From contig NMRA01000900.1 in the NCBI GenBank assembly GCA_002633005.1, positions 41,785 through 105,784 of the forward strand: a DNA stretch of 64,000 nucleotides. The letters are read 5' to 3'. Numbering within the stretch: the first letter of the stretch is position 1; every line of letters begins with the position of its first letter. Origin of the DNA: Phoronis australis (taxonomy: Eukaryota; Animalia; Phoronida). Below the pieces are notes generated by a model that had not been told where the DNA came from, did no database searches, and was given only the letters and a program-made list of their open reading frames with translations. Both the position numbers and the translations under genes were made by a program. Positions 13,601 to 28,600 of this stretch are shown here, one piece after another.

Positions 13601-16600
13601 ATGGGACCGAAAACCGTTAATTTTTATTTTCTTATTTGTCTCATTCACCCTTTTTTGTTTGACCAAAATTTAACCGTCAAATTGGTGTTTATTTGCTTGA
13701 AATCAGCTATCGGTAGTAACATAAGAAGTGATTCATTATCATAATTGCAGTGTTTACTTGTTTTCCTGGGTTTACTGGGTTTACTTTTATGGCACAAACA
13801 AAATATCGTAACGAATTGGCTTGCCTAAGGGTTTTTCATTTTTGGTTTCTAACATTCAACCAACGGGGAGCATACCTTTCTGCTCAAACTTTCAACATCG
13901 AAGCGCTAACAGCTTACTGATGTACATGTAAAACCGCGACTGCACAGGGAAATTACTTGGCGGGTTTACGGGTATGAATTTATACGAAACATTTACGTGC
14001 ATGTATGATTTTACATATAAAGTCTAATAAATGCTGTGGAAGGATTGTCAGCATATAACTATGTGGGCGCATAAAAATTGACACCAAAATTATTTCTTCT
14101 TAAAATTATTTCTGAAGAGAATGTAACGAATGAGTGGAAGAAATATACAACTACTAACATCCATGTTGATTCAATGCATTGTTATTATGGTACATGTTGT
14201 TTTGCTGCAAGAAACATAACAGGTAAGGCAACTTTTTCGGTAACATAAACTATAAAAAATGTCTTTTAGGTTTGCTGCCACTTAATTATGGATTATGAAG
14301 ACCTTTTCAGTCTTCAAAATGCACAGTGTGAACACGCTTAGCTAAGCGTGAACTTAATGCCCCTTTTTCAATACTTGAACACTTGATGACGCTGTAACGA
14401 TGGTTGTTCTGCATTGATGTTTAGGTCACCTTTCCTGCGAACCTGGGTTGACTTAGAGAGGTGTTCTGAAAAAAGTCAGCAGCTGAAGATGCAAATTGAA
14501 ATAGCAGCGTTCTACCATAATTTAAAACTGCCTTGTTCTAAAGCGTGGGTTATCTTTAAAGACGTGTCTGTATTCCTCTCACTATAACCGGAGGCTCATG
14601 CAAGCAAACCATAATGCACTGTAGACTTGGAAAATAAAATCACAGCCTAAAAAAACGAGCGAGCCCTCTACAAATGTAGTCGTGAGATCGAAAACTTTGC
14701 TCACTCATTTTTTGTCTGTCTTATCGTCTCCTTGCTGCACAACCTGGACACTCAGGGCAACGATTAAACGTGCCATAGAAAGATCACTTTTGTTTTTTTA
14801 TAATTTGGTAGAAACTACGCCCACATTACTGTGTTGCTGCGTTCAACTTCAAAGTTTGCGAGGGTATTCTTGTTCCTGAATTACATATGTATATAAGGAA
14901 CAAAACCGCAGGTAATATTCTTGGCAATTCCCTCTTACAAATCTGACGCTGTTGTCCAGGTGACCAGGCGTTCGCTGAAGAGAAGATCACCAAGGCCCTT
15001 AACTTAATATCTTCGTTGACTTGTCTCAAGTTCCAGTTATCAAGAGGCGTTATTACCGGGCCTTACATCTTGTTCAAGGCGTCAACAAGCAGGTAACATA
15101 ACTCGAACACCTCGCAATGGTGCCACCTAGCGTTGTGATCAATTGACATTTTGGAAGGGTATTTGCTAACTTTGAAAATACGGATTTATTTTAGTTGGGA
15201 ATTCTTATTGCAAATGCGTGTTTAAATTATAAATTTCTATAATTAATGCAATAGACGGATACGATGAAAGGGCATTTAAAAAGCATTATAACTTTCTTAG
15301 GTGCGGTTGTTTCAAAATTCAAGTTTTGTTTATTCTGTCTTTTGATCGAACACATCTACTGTATGTTTTGATTAGCGAATCGGCTCAAACTCACACGGTT
15401 GGCTGAAGTATTGTATTCTGCATAAAACTTAAATAATAATAACAATGTTAATAACAATAGCGATGTTAATATCAATAATAATAACGATGATGGTGGTGGC
15501 GGTGGTGGTGATGGTGATGGTGGTGATGATGGTGNNNNNNNNNNNNNNNNNNNNNNNNNNNNNNNNNNNNNNNNNNNNNNNNNNNNNNNNNNNNNNNTGG
15601 TGATGGTGGTGGTGATGGTGGTGGTGATTATGGTGGTGATGGTGATGGTGGTGGTGATGGTGATGAAGGTAGCGGTTGTGGTGGATTTATCAGAATCACA
15701 CAAGTACCGAATAATAAAAGAAAACCATGAAAACACAATACAGTAAAAACACAAGACACGCACAATATAAAAAATCGGGGTCATATTTCAATTATGATTG
15801 AGACTTGAAATTTTGGCTTGGTTTGTCAGATTTCATCTACCTGGAAGAGTATGTAGGTGTTGCAAACCCCTTGCCAAATAGACGTAATCACGCTAAGTGG
15901 CACTGCATTTACTACTTCCCGGATGAAGCAGTAACATTGTCCTAAAATAACTAAAGAAATATCACACTGTGCTCCGTGGTTGCACAAATATATATTTGGG
16001 AACAAGCGCCCGTTCCGATATTCAATAAAAGCCCTGAATATATACTAATATATGACATTCATTAGTTACCCCGCGAAGTTGGTACATGTACTTTATGACT
16101 GAAGGAGACCTGATAATATTCTCGTTTCCTAGGTGTTTTTGGCGACGTTTGTTTGGTGCTTAATACAGTGTAAGTAATACCATCTTCTCCTTGCACCAAA
16201 AAGAGGAAACTCCTCTTTTAATGTCGGATGATCGGGAAATTAACGCCCGCTGTGAGATCTTGGCACCCGATGACCGGTCCTTCTTATTTCTATAATTAAA
16301 AAAATGCTGAATTTTTGTTCATGATATGATGGCTTGATTATGGTCAACACTGCGGCTAACAATGAGATTCTGTATCAGGCTCATGCTCATCCGTGGATCA
16401 CAACTGACTGTCTAAATCCTGGCCAATGTATTATATCTCCGTTCTGTTATTGTTCCGCAGCTGCAAGGCTCGCATCGGCCAATTGTCCGGCGCAAACGTC
16501 ATAGAGATGGTTCATGGAGGCGGCATTACATGCTTTGCAGTAAGTTTAGTATTTAGTCAGCAAACAAAGAAGAGCCAAGCCTCGTTTCCATTAAAGCATT

Positions 16601-19600
16601 CAGAAATAGTTGTATCACCTAAAGTACGTACACGTAAAACACCAGACTGGGTTGACCAGCGAGGCAGAGGTCGTGGAAATAGTTGATAACTTCTTTTATT
16701 CAAAACACCCCTCGGTATTCACGTAATGATGATATAAATTTATGACCAGGCGCTGGTTTTCTCATATTCGTGCTCTTTTAAGACATTTGTACGTTTTCTG
16801 GTCTCATAGAAATTGTCTTATATACCCTATAATGTTATCTACTCCGAAATTCCACAAGCAATACGTATTCCCAACTGGAAACGGGTGACTTATGAAGACA
16901 GTTTAGTAGGTGTACCAATTCAGCTGTGCAATGCCTGGATTGTCATTTCTCCAGTGACCTGAGTAGCAGTAAAGAAGCAAGCATGTCAACGATCATCTCA
17001 TGTAAAGTACATTGTACATGCGATACTTATTACATCCACACGTTCTTGCAATGCTGACAATATCTAAGGTATTCATCGGTCATTTTAAAGGATTTTTAAA
17101 ATCAGCCCCTTCGTTTTCATGCCGCGAGTATAGCGTTTACAGACCAAGCCTAGCCCAGGCGGGGTGCTTTACCCCATCCAGGCAGCCAGTCAAGCCTATT
17201 CTTAAGGACACGCCAAAGTTAATTGGGCGTCCAAGTCTTTGTTACAAGATAATGTACCTGTGATTAGTAAAATCAGCTGAGGTTTATTGACTTAGAAATA
17301 CAAAATGTGCGGTGACGTCCTGTCTTCAGATGATCGGGGGGAGTGGGGTGTAATCTGTACATGCAAATTTTTATAAGCTGTGTTCTTTATTGACAATATC
17401 CGTTTGTTTGCTTTAGGAAGGGATAATCGTCCATGAAGTGATGCACGCACTCGGCCACTTCCACGAACAATCTCGAAGTGACAGGGATGATTACATAACA
17501 ATCTTGTATGATAACATAAAACCGGGTTACGAAAGCGAGTACAAAAAAGTTTCCAACACTAATAATCTCGAACCTTATGACTACGAGAGTATAATGCATT
17601 ACAGTCAGAAGGTAAGATCGTATTCAAGGGATACCCCTTCATGTCATCTACAGCAAGACTGTAGAATTTACAACCTCAGTGTGGATCGTGCTTTTACTCA
17701 GTTTATATTAGCTATGCAATGCAAGGAAGTTCTTACTGCCAAAATAGGCAACAGATTCTATTACAACTTTTTCAAGCATGCCTAAAACATCTGATTGTCA
17801 AATTCGCTCAGTATTGTTTTGTAGAAACAAATATTAGATGTCTGGGTGTGATGGTGTGACTTAAAATTGGCTTCTTTTGTTTCTGACGAACAATAATATC
17901 CTGGAACTGAGAGATGGCCACGTACTCTCAAATATCTTGTCTCTTTCAGAAACAAGACCAATTTAATTCATCGTTTCTTTTCTTTAGGTATTTGCCGTGA
18001 CAGGAACCCGAACGTTTATCACCAAGCCCTCAGGAATGTTTGACTTCTTAGTTGGACAAAGACTGCAACTGTCGTTTTACGATGTGAAAACAATAAATGA
18101 GGGATATCAGTGCACTGGTAATACGTGTATAAATATAGCCACCACAACAGCTTATTCGAAGGAGAACCGCTATTATACTGAGATTCATAACAACTGAAAA
18201 CGTTGTTAAATGAGTAGTCAACGTAATGAGTTGCAAACTCACTTCAAGTTATTACGTTGAGTTCTTAACACGCTATAACGCAGCCAAAGTCGTAGTGTGC
18301 AGTTTGCAACTGCTTACCATGACTTTTTAACTCATTACTCAGAGTTTGCATTCGTTACAGTTATTGTGCCACTTACTAAGTTGAAAAGTCAACAAATTGC
18401 TGCCTATTTTTAATGAAATATCAATGAAATAGCGAATCGAAACTTTGGGATTCAATATTGACGATCTCACACAATGAATTTGATGTATTCAAAATGAAGT
18501 TGCAACATATCAGAATCAGTTGAAAACCCGACGAAGTTTCAACGTCATTGTAACTACTCGTTAACTCAATGCCATTGGTTAAAGTCTAAGTGTGATTGCA
18601 AATTAGTTTTCTACTTAGTAAATAGGTTGTGATTGCATTGCTATGAGTTGGTAAGGGATTATACATACTTGATACATATGCGAACTCATCGTAATTATTG
18701 TACAAGTAAATGTGAAAACATTGTGATTTGTTCGATTAAATGTAGGAGCTGACAACTCATTGTTATGAGTCTGCAACTCGCTATTATAACTTTGAAGTTA
18801 TTACATGTATAATGCCTTGAACTTGGCGTACGCTGTAGGTAAAACGCAACTACGCTGCCTCAGTAAACCGTTATCGAATTCTTTTCACACAATGTACACA
18901 TATCTGCTCATTTCATATCATCGATTTCAAAATTTGGTTATAATTTCGTTGGGAAATAATTGTGAATCAACAGAAATTCCATCGATGTATCCAAATCTTC
19001 TTCCCATCATACTCACCGGATGTTATAATGTTCGTACTCCTGATATTTTGATTAGCTGTAAACTTATTACTGTCACGATCATGCAGTTACTAAATTGTCA
19101 TGAACTAATGACGGACGCGTGCAGCCATTCTCAGATTTATAATGGACATCACATCTCTCTGTTACCCTAAAGAACTGCAAACATTGGAACGTCTATGTGC
19201 ACGGTGGGGCCAAAATTAAGGGACGTTAATATATGCTTATGTTTGAAACTGTATGTTTTTAGCCAATTGCCCAAACAACTGTCAGAATCACGGCTACTCC
19301 AGCGCCATCGACGGCCAGTGTAAGTGTTCATGCCCGTCCTATTTAAAGGGAGATGATTGCGGGTCTGTAGACTCTGATCCAGGTAAGAATTTCTTGTCTT
19401 TGTCAAGCACTGTAACTGTTTGCAGTGCTGTCGTACCATCCATAAACTTAGCATTCACCAGTTAACAACAAATGAAAAACCTGTCAATCATGTGTATCTT
19501 GTCACACTGAGAATTAGTCTACTACTGCAAACTTGTGTATTACTAGCGGATCATCTTGAAACTAAAAGCGCAGCATTTGATAAAAAACCGTATAAACCAG

Positions 19601-22600
19601 GCTGTAATGGATTGTTCTAACAAAAGTACAGATACGACCAATATTTTTACCGCAGGGACCTTCCCGTAACCGCAGTCAATATGGCAAACTTTAGAAGCGC
19701 GGCTGCAGAAGCATCGTTTTTGATGATGGATGTATTTTGTGAAATTGAGCGCATGCGCACGTCATATCATGCACGTGATGTCACATCATGTGGCATCTAT
19801 AGGTTTAATTGCTAGTGCCTAGGGTATTTGAAGTGCATTGTCGGTAGGTATATTAACGGTTCCAATTTAGAGCAATCTAACTTGTCCGAGACACTGTCGC
19901 CACCTCAAGCTGCTTCACGCTGTAATCGCTGTATGTTCCAGTAGTAGGAATGAAAAGTGTGTTGAGCAGTCCACGAGGTCACAAACTGGAACGAATGTAC
20001 GTTTCGTAATAAACAAGAAAGTTTTAGATCTAGTGTTAATTTTTGTACGCTGGGCTATTGAAGTACACCATCCGTGGATATCTGAACAGTTCCAGTTGAG
20101 ACCAATGTAATGTATTACTCCGAGACAGTATCGGTTTACGTAGCAGCTTCACGCTGTTATGGTTTGATTATCCAGTGTTAGGAATAAAACATGTCTCGGG
20201 ATGTCAACTTGTCACGCTTCGGTTAATTTACTTGTATTTCTATCCTCGTGCTTGATTTTATCCAGATTAGTGAAAATTATTTAATGTTGAAAACGCAATG
20301 CAAAAACTTTTTGCGAAACGTTAACGAAAGCGAATTTATACATACCTGTAAGCTTTGAAAATTGTGAAGTGCACCCTAATGCTGTACATGTATGTCAACA
20401 CAGATTCGAAATGATAGTATTCACGTCAATTGTTTGCAGTACCTGTACTATTTTTGGAAGTCCTTCGTAATCCTTCGTTTTCGCGAAGTTGTTGCATCTG
20501 TGGACGGCATACACGGGTTGCAAGGTCCCCGTGAGATTTTAAAAACAATTTCGCCACGCCTTGGTTTGCAAATTAATATTTCGGATTATGATTGCGTTTA
20601 TTGCTCCCACATCGTTATTATTTCGAATAAATAGTTTGATTGACTCTTCCCAACAATGTGTTGTCTAATAACAGAATGAGTGCAAAGTAATCTGTTAATT
20701 CACAATCAGGCATTCAATGGTAGAAAACTCAGCCTATCATATGCTTCAACAGATAAAAATTGTGGATTGTTGTTTTTGTCTCAGATTTGCATCTTCCGTT
20801 AACAGTAGGCATCATGAAGTATAGTTGCTTCATTTTCTAGTATAAAGAACACTAATATTAACTTAAAAAGTGCATCGTTTCTATGTTTAGACTGCGGCGG
20901 AATTCACACGTTCTCCGGAGTAGGAGATACATTTAATATCACCATAGAAAGCACGCCTGAGGATGAGCCGCGCAAATGCGTTTACCTGCTGAAGGTATGC
21001 CACGGGGCGGATCCAGGATTTTGAGTTAGGGGGGCCAGGGCACATGAATTACCAGAATTTCACCACATGTGGGCGCCCAGCCTAAAATGTAAGGGTGCAG
21101 GTGTCTCCAATTTTTGGGTTTGTGGACCTTATTACTAAAAAAACGGTAAACGAGGTTTGTTCAAGGCCTATGCATTCGCTCCCCGAGCCCCCTGATTGCG
21201 CGCATATGCTAGTCAGCATTTCGCATCCCGAACTGTCAAATGGTATCTGGGAGAATTTTAGGGGGGCCAAGGTCCTCTTGCTCCCATCCTAAATCCAACA
21301 CTGTATGCTACCAATAAACTTGCACTTTTTTACTTCAGAGAATGGTTGCTTATCATGTTTCAACGGATGACAGGCGACGCTTTATCTCTGTGTCATACAT
21401 GTTTCTTTTTCCTTTTACCGCAGCGGAACTTGACGGAGAACTTTTTGATCATTAATTAGCCGACGATGCAGTGAATTAACATTAACATCTACATGTACAT
21501 GTACGTTCTAGGAAGTCAGAGTAATTGCCAGCTCCTACAAATTTGATCACTTAAAAATGTCGATACCAGCCTGTGGTGGATTTAAGGGGGGCCAAGGAGG
21601 CCACCTCGCCCATAAAATTCCCCTGTGTTCCATTTGGCACTTCGGGGGATCAACTATCTGACGGCCAAAATTTGCCTAAGAGTCTGCCCTGCCCCCCAAA
21701 CTCAAGTCCTGGATCCATCCCCTGCCAGCTGAATGGTGACATAATGGCACAATAATTGTTCACATCCAATTTTATTATTGGTATGCGTTAGTGTATTTTT
21801 CGATTTCATGTTTGATCAGTAATCGGGAGAGAAATATGCTTTAAACCAAGGAAGAGTGTCCTTTAGAAGTGGTGACATTTTGGGTCAAAACTTACTTGCC
21901 AGAAATTCTGTGAAGTTCTGTGACATTTGGGATTGATCGGTGACGTTCTCTGACATTTGAAATTCTTTGACAGAACGTAGGGAAATTTACGAGTCAATCA
22001 GGTTGTTTATTTTTGTTTGCAGTTGTTTGATGCTGCATCAAGTGTTGGCTATTGTTCACAAATTGTAAAAATACGGGAAACGCCATTATTACTGACAAAT
22101 ACTGCGTCTCACGTGTGTGACAAAAACAAAGTTGACATGACTTATACACGTAAGAATCACCAGAAAAATAATTTACTTCCATGTGACGAGTTGAAAAATT
22201 TGAGACCATAGAACACGAATTCATTCTCTGTTACATGTGCATGGATATGGAAAACTGCGGATTTGACAAACGTTTTCTTTTACAGACAGAGACTGATCTT
22301 TGTTCGTTCCCGTTTTTAGGGTCCTGACGATAGTATTATCAACCTCCATAACGTAGACTTTGACATGGGGATCGAAAACCACGTAGCTCAACCGATCAAC
22401 ACTGTGGAAATACGTCACAACATGTTGCCTCAAATGGGTATCATATACGGGGCGCGCACCCGTTTGGAAGACTTGAACACTGTGAAGCAATTTTCGGAAA
22501 ACTTGATGATGCTGATTTACCAAGAGGGCGCTACCAGCAAGTCGGGCCCAGCAATAGCTAAGTTTGTGGCAAGGGCAACTACAAAGGAGGGTAATACAAT

Positions 22601-25600
22601 GGATTTCATTGAAAAGTTGTACTATATGTACACAAAATGAGATGGTTGGTTTCACGTCCAAGCCTCTAAGCCTAAATGTTACACCCTCTTTTTATCCTGA
22701 TCGTCAATGGATGTTTACGAAGTTTAGATTGTGCACGTAATAAGGTAGAGATATTGTCAAAATTCAGCCCATAACGCTCGTGCCTCGGTGTCCAGATCAT
22801 GAAATAAAATGTCAGCACGGGACAAGAATATAGATGACGAGCCATCGGCATGCTTCACTTGAAGTTAACCTGTAATCTCCTACCAAAAAACCCTCGTTGA
22901 AGTCACTAACTACAACAGTATCGAACAAGACTTTTTAATCGCTGGCAATATTCTGTTCGCCTAATGATTCATATTTCATTCATCATGACTATTGGGAATT
23001 AATGAAGAAACGAAATTGAGCACTCTTAAAAAAGATCCGATATACTTTCGCTATCGTTAGTCAAATATCTTCATTCCTGAAAGTGGTTATTAGAACCAAC
23101 ACTTTTTTATATCTTTTGGGTCTAAAGGAATTAATAGTCCAGTTTTCTCTCATATTTTAATATTGAGGAGGACAGCACGATAGTCAGCTTGATGTGACAT
23201 AGGGTGCCACACTGTAAACTATAATTTTATTTGATGCCTTTTTATCACCATATATACACAAATGCAAAATAACAAATTCACCCTTGTACATTCTATGCTA
23301 AAGACAAGTGCCTATCCAATCCATGTTTTGGTAGCGCCACCTGTGTACCAGACCTTGTCAACGACAATTTTACTTGCATTTGCCCACGCAACTACTACGG
23401 AAGGATCTGCACAGAGTTAGGTAGGTATTCTCACCATAACCAATCAAACATCTGAAATGCATTCCATGACGCTAGCATAGCTTTCGTGAAGCAATGCCAT
23501 CTGGCGACTGTTGTGTCAGGAGAGATCATATTGATAATCCTACGTACATGTAGAAACCCCCCACACTATTGTGGGTCCGTTCCTAGAAAACGGAATTAGC
23601 TATGACAAACCTTAAATTTCTGCCAATTTTAAGACAAACGTTTATTATACTACAATAATGGCCAATGCAAGCGTGTAATAACCCCTGTAGTTATTGAATG
23701 GCGTTAGATAACATTTTGGAGGGAAACCGGGGCCGGTTTCAGACCTGCTTTGCACGAGTTTCTCGTCGTCGACTTTACCACTGCACCATGCAACATCTGA
23801 CGTCATCGAATGTGAAAATAGAATATTTAAGTGTGCACTCGCAACAATTGCATGTTCAACAAACTACATGGTACTGACATTGATACGCTATGAAAAGTAA
23901 GACCCACAATTTGAATAAATGACATCTTTAATTCAATAAATTTATCTGTCATTTTCACGCTCTTGTAAATCATCGATCTCAAGTTTGAATGTGAGTATTG
24001 TGTCGTCGGGATTCTTTGAACTGAACACTACATGTATATTCAGTAACCTTTGGTAACGTATTATGGAAGACGATATATTCTCGGTGGATGCTTAGCATGA
24101 AAAGATGCAAAGTAAGCTAAACTAGTTCCTTAAAAATTACTTTACAGATTCACGTTATTTGAATTTTGTTTCAATTTTTATTTGGTTTTAAGTAAAAACT
24201 TCATTTTAACAAGAAAATCTCGGCGTTTTTTAAAAGGTCACGTCCTCCGATCCCAAGCCTCTGACATAGAATGTAGAAAATAGTCACAAAAGCTGAGGCG
24301 AGTCGAGATCATCGCAATGTTCATCGTTCAGTATGTGGTATGAATAGATTATTACATGTTCTCAGTCGTTATCCCCGTTATCTGGAGTCCTCGTGAATTT
24401 TGTAGATTTATCGCAATCGGAGTTCACGCACCTCCCGCGATAATTCTCCAAAATCCACTCGGGCTCTAGATTACGGTGGGTAACGAATTCGCCATGTAAT
24501 AATCTATATATACCATGTAATAATCTATATATACCGTGTAATAATCTATATGTACCGTGTAATAATCTATATATACCATGTAATAATCTACATATACCAT
24601 GTAATAATCTATATATACCATGTAATAATCCATATATACCATGTCTCAAGTCCGTTTCAAGAAAAAAAATGTTAAGTTTGACTTAAGTTATTGACGTAAG
24701 TGCTGTACTGATTTTAACTAACTTACTTGATGTTGAAGAATCAAAAATTTGAAGTTGAGGCGAATCTTAGACTAAAGTCAAACATGAACTTGAGACGGTT
24801 TCTTGGAATAGATCCTGCATTTCAGTCCCACTGACCGATCATTCAATGCCTACAATTGTCACGTGTACGATAGTTTTGTCGCGATCTTACTTACGGAGCA
24901 CAAACTTATCATTAGCGTCATTTTGTATGGTGCCACCAAATTTGAAAGTACCGGGGCTTTCCAGTTTTATCTTTAAGCGTTCCTGCAATGGATATTTTTG
25001 CATTTTTGAGGTCTCAGGCCGTGTATGCCAATTTTATAACACAAATTCAAACTAAATACTTGCTAACTATTGGAAATAATTCGGGTATTTTAAATTTCAA
25101 GGAAAAATAAATGATTTCGTGGCTTCCTGACTTGTGACGTCCTCAATGGAAGACGTTGATCACTTGACAGTATATACATGTAGTCAATGACTGGTAGTAG
25201 TTCTTGTGTAAGTTGTGAAGACTTGAAAAGCGAGTTTGAGCAATATTATGAAGACATGTATGGTGATTTTGATGAAGATGACACCCTGGGATTAGGTAGT
25301 GCGATAGATTTCGCCATATCGGCAGACTGCGTGTTTTAGTCCGTACAAACACGACCTTCCCGCCCTGTCGTCTTCGGCAAGTAAGCCAATTCGGTGCCTA
25401 TTCAGTCTGCAGACAGTCCTGATTTCAGAGTGGTAATTAAAACATTTTACTGAATCCCCACTAAACTATCTAACCATTTTTGCCGTGTATTAGGTATCCA
25501 GGACTATATACACTATGTAAACGAAGTTTTTATGCTGGCTCTTAAAGACCAGTCGCGAATAGCGGACACTGATTTCATTTCTTCGAATACCGAGGGTCTT

Positions 25601-28600
25601 TGTCAGTAACGATGTATCTAAGTGTAATGATAGTAACTGGATTTTATTTTTGCCCAGCGATATTCGGCTGCAGTCGTGACGTCAAACAAAAAACTATTTG
25701 CGAGGCATATACGCCCCACTTTCTACTATTGGGCATTGGCGTGGCGTACATGTGAATAATATACATTCCCACAAAATACTGAACAGGAATAGACTGATAG
25801 GGAACTTAATGCATCACATTTATTATCTCAGTCACTAGAATTTATGCTGAAGCCCAGACTCAATATGCGCTGGACAACTACGTTGCCAGCAATGGTAGAA
25901 CACAATACGCCCTTTTCTCCACCACCTACACTTCTAAACACAGCGTGGCTGCTGAAACTGATCGCTTGCTCCAAGACGTGAAGCCATACACGTGTCTGAC
26001 CCCCAACCTGTGCCATATCTGGGCGATCTTAGGATCCTTTAGAAACGCAAACACTGTGTGAAGTTCCAAATGCATTTGAAACTATATAACGTGAAGATAT
26101 CGAGATTTTTGACTTTGAGTTGTGCCATTGATGTTTTGTGCCAGTGAAGACCTCTGTTTGGTACTCGAGCTCCAGCTGCTTGTATAAACACCTGATAAAA
26201 TTTGAAGAAACGGCAACTCATGAACAGCAGCTCAGCTTGTCAGCGTCTCGATCTAGTTGAACCCAATTTCAGAGTTCGAAACAAACAAGTTCAAGTAGCG
26301 TAAATGTACATGTAGGGCACCAGTCACTGTTATGAGTCGGGTCAGACATGTCACCTATGATTACACCCGCCCACACTTATGTCTGCACTCTACGTTTGCT
26401 ACACACAGTGCACACCTGTATCCGTGGAACGCCATTGGCAGCCAAAAGCATCGCTGCAGTCGACCGCTTGACTGAGAGTTTCCGGAGGCTGATTGGTGAA
26501 AGACAAAACGACCCCACGGTGCAGCAGGAAAACGACGTTTCATTATCATTTAAATACGGTCCTCAGATAGAAGAGTAGACTATTGGAAGTACTGCTTCTT
26601 TTGAGGTGATTGCACTGGCTAGCTAGCAGTGGGATCTCTTGCTTAAAGGTGCATATAATAGTCACATAAATGTAGGCTTTTATTTATATGATTTATCTCA
26701 AAATCATTTTTTTCCAGATCAGAATAAGCTATTAACTGATGACTTTGAGAGTTCTGCGCTAGGGTTTATGATGAATGTAGATGGAGATGACACCGATTGG
26801 ATAAGACGTTCTGTAAGTTGTAAAGCATCTTATATAAATCAGAAGAAACTCATATTTTTTTCTGACTTGATATTTTTCTCTAAAAGAGGCAAAATAACAC
26901 CATTTGTAAGCAAACCTTAGATACCTTAGAGTTATCGCTGTTACGCACACAGCAAATGGCGACCTTACGGTATAGTAACAGTTCGTGTTCATCTTTTGGT
27001 AACTGGAAAGCGTGTGCTGTTACGGAAACGATTTTCCTCCATTGTATGGTTTTCATATGTCCGTTGAAAGGCTAAATGAGGTAAGAACGAGTCTCACTAT
27101 TGATCACACAATAGTACAGCAGGTGCACATCAATGTTTGTTTAAATTTATTTTTATACAGGGAGATACGCCAACCTTCAACTCAGGGCCGTCATCTGGAT
27201 ATTTATCAGCCACCTACCTGTATGTGGAGGCTTCAAGTCCGACGTCTAACGGCGACTCCGCCATACTCTCGACGACATGCGACTTCTGTAAGAGTTGTAA
27301 AAAGATTCCCGAAAGCCTGTCAGTAAAATGACGTTCATATACCTTGTATCTCATTCCACGTGTGACGTAACATGCACTCATTCTTTAAAGCAGTTTGTTG
27401 TGCAACACAATATTCCCATGCAAATTTCTTGCTTGATTCTAAACAATGTTAATGGGAGTCCAGAAATCATTGCAGAACGCCAACTTCCAGCTTTTGAGTT
27501 AGCGTCGTGATTTATTGCATTCAAGTGAATTTCCGAATTCAAGCTTCAAGCACATCTAACCATTACTTTTACTACAGTGTATAAGTAGCTTGCAAAACGA
27601 CTATTCCTTATTTTCACTTGTTTGCCTGTGTTTTATCTTCTGAAAACGGTTTTTGGTTTAGCGCAGCGAAAGGATTCCAAGAGATTCATGTTTGTCTAGA
27701 TTTAAAGTTGATAGTGGTAGCAAATAGCTTTTTCTGAGTTAAATTACAACGTTACTGGAAGTGATGATGTCATTCATTTTGAGCGTCATTTCGTCCTATT
27801 CAGTTCCGACTAAACAATTAATTCCTATCCAACCTTTGTACTCTCAAAGAAACACGCTAATAGTAACCGTTGTCTATTTTTGTTACCAAAAATAACATCG
27901 TAACCATTGTCTACTTAAGCTAATCAAACAGCAAGTAAAAAGTGACACATGCACGTTTTTCTTGTTGGTAAGTGGATTAGATTCTCGTCATGTTCAGGAA
28001 CATTATGAGAGTCCCATACCTGATTCTAGCTTGGTTTCTTCTGGATAACGGTGGCTATGCCCCCACCCGCTAGAATTATTCCAAATTTAATTTGGAAGTT
28101 TGGGCAGCGAATGTCTGACAAGCAAAATCCTAGTTAAAGCTCTGCCCACCCCCCTTAAATTCTGGCTCCGCCCGTGCATAAAGTGGTTCTTTAAGAAGCA
28201 AAAACAGGCGAACCTGGCTTAGTGGAGGGAAAGTCAATAAATGTACACTACGTTTATCTTGAACGTATTTGTTTTCGTAGATGTTAATATGCGTTTACGG
28301 AGCCAGTGTATTTTCATCATGGCCTTGTTTTCAAATTCAACGTCAGTTGAAATAAATAAGGACGAGTCTGGTTGTATAGAGTTTACGCTTCTGGAATCAC
28401 TTAAACTTAACAATAAAGCCTCAACATAAAGAGCTGAAGATCGCATTTTTGACCTAAAACTTGGAAATGGGAGTTTTTACTAGTCTCTTTTTGCAACATT
28501 CTGCATAAAAAATCAGTCACTTGTCCATTGTGTTGAGACTAGCAGCAGCTCGCGTTGTGTCCAGAGTAGAGTTCAATAGCTGTCTCATGACTACAGCAAT

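Noticed and set aside
15356-15784. Thr/Pro-rich minus-strand ORF as a mucin-like protein
   Set aside because: Translation of a trinucleotide microsatellite across an N gap
16133-16169. 37-nt AG/GT-bounded micro-exon in intron 5
   Set aside because: Introduces a stop; exons 5 and 6 already join in frame; no support for a poison exon
18190-18800. Region rich in aactcatt/aatgagtt motifs as a MITE
   Set aside because: Termini and TSD could not be defined
23729-23790. tRNA-like A/B boxes on the minus strand
   Set aside because: No cloverleaf; at best a decayed SINE head
24492-24644. Regular short repeats here, at 35693-36058 and at 58921-59062 as CRISPR arrays or repeat proteins
   Set aside because: Head-to-tail units with no unique spacers, no cas genes, eukaryotic intron context; the ORFs are repeat artefacts
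25184-25339. Acidic coding-like frame ([17 protein letters not shown])
   Set aside because: About 50 codons ending in a stop, no recognisable domain, and not needed for the gene model
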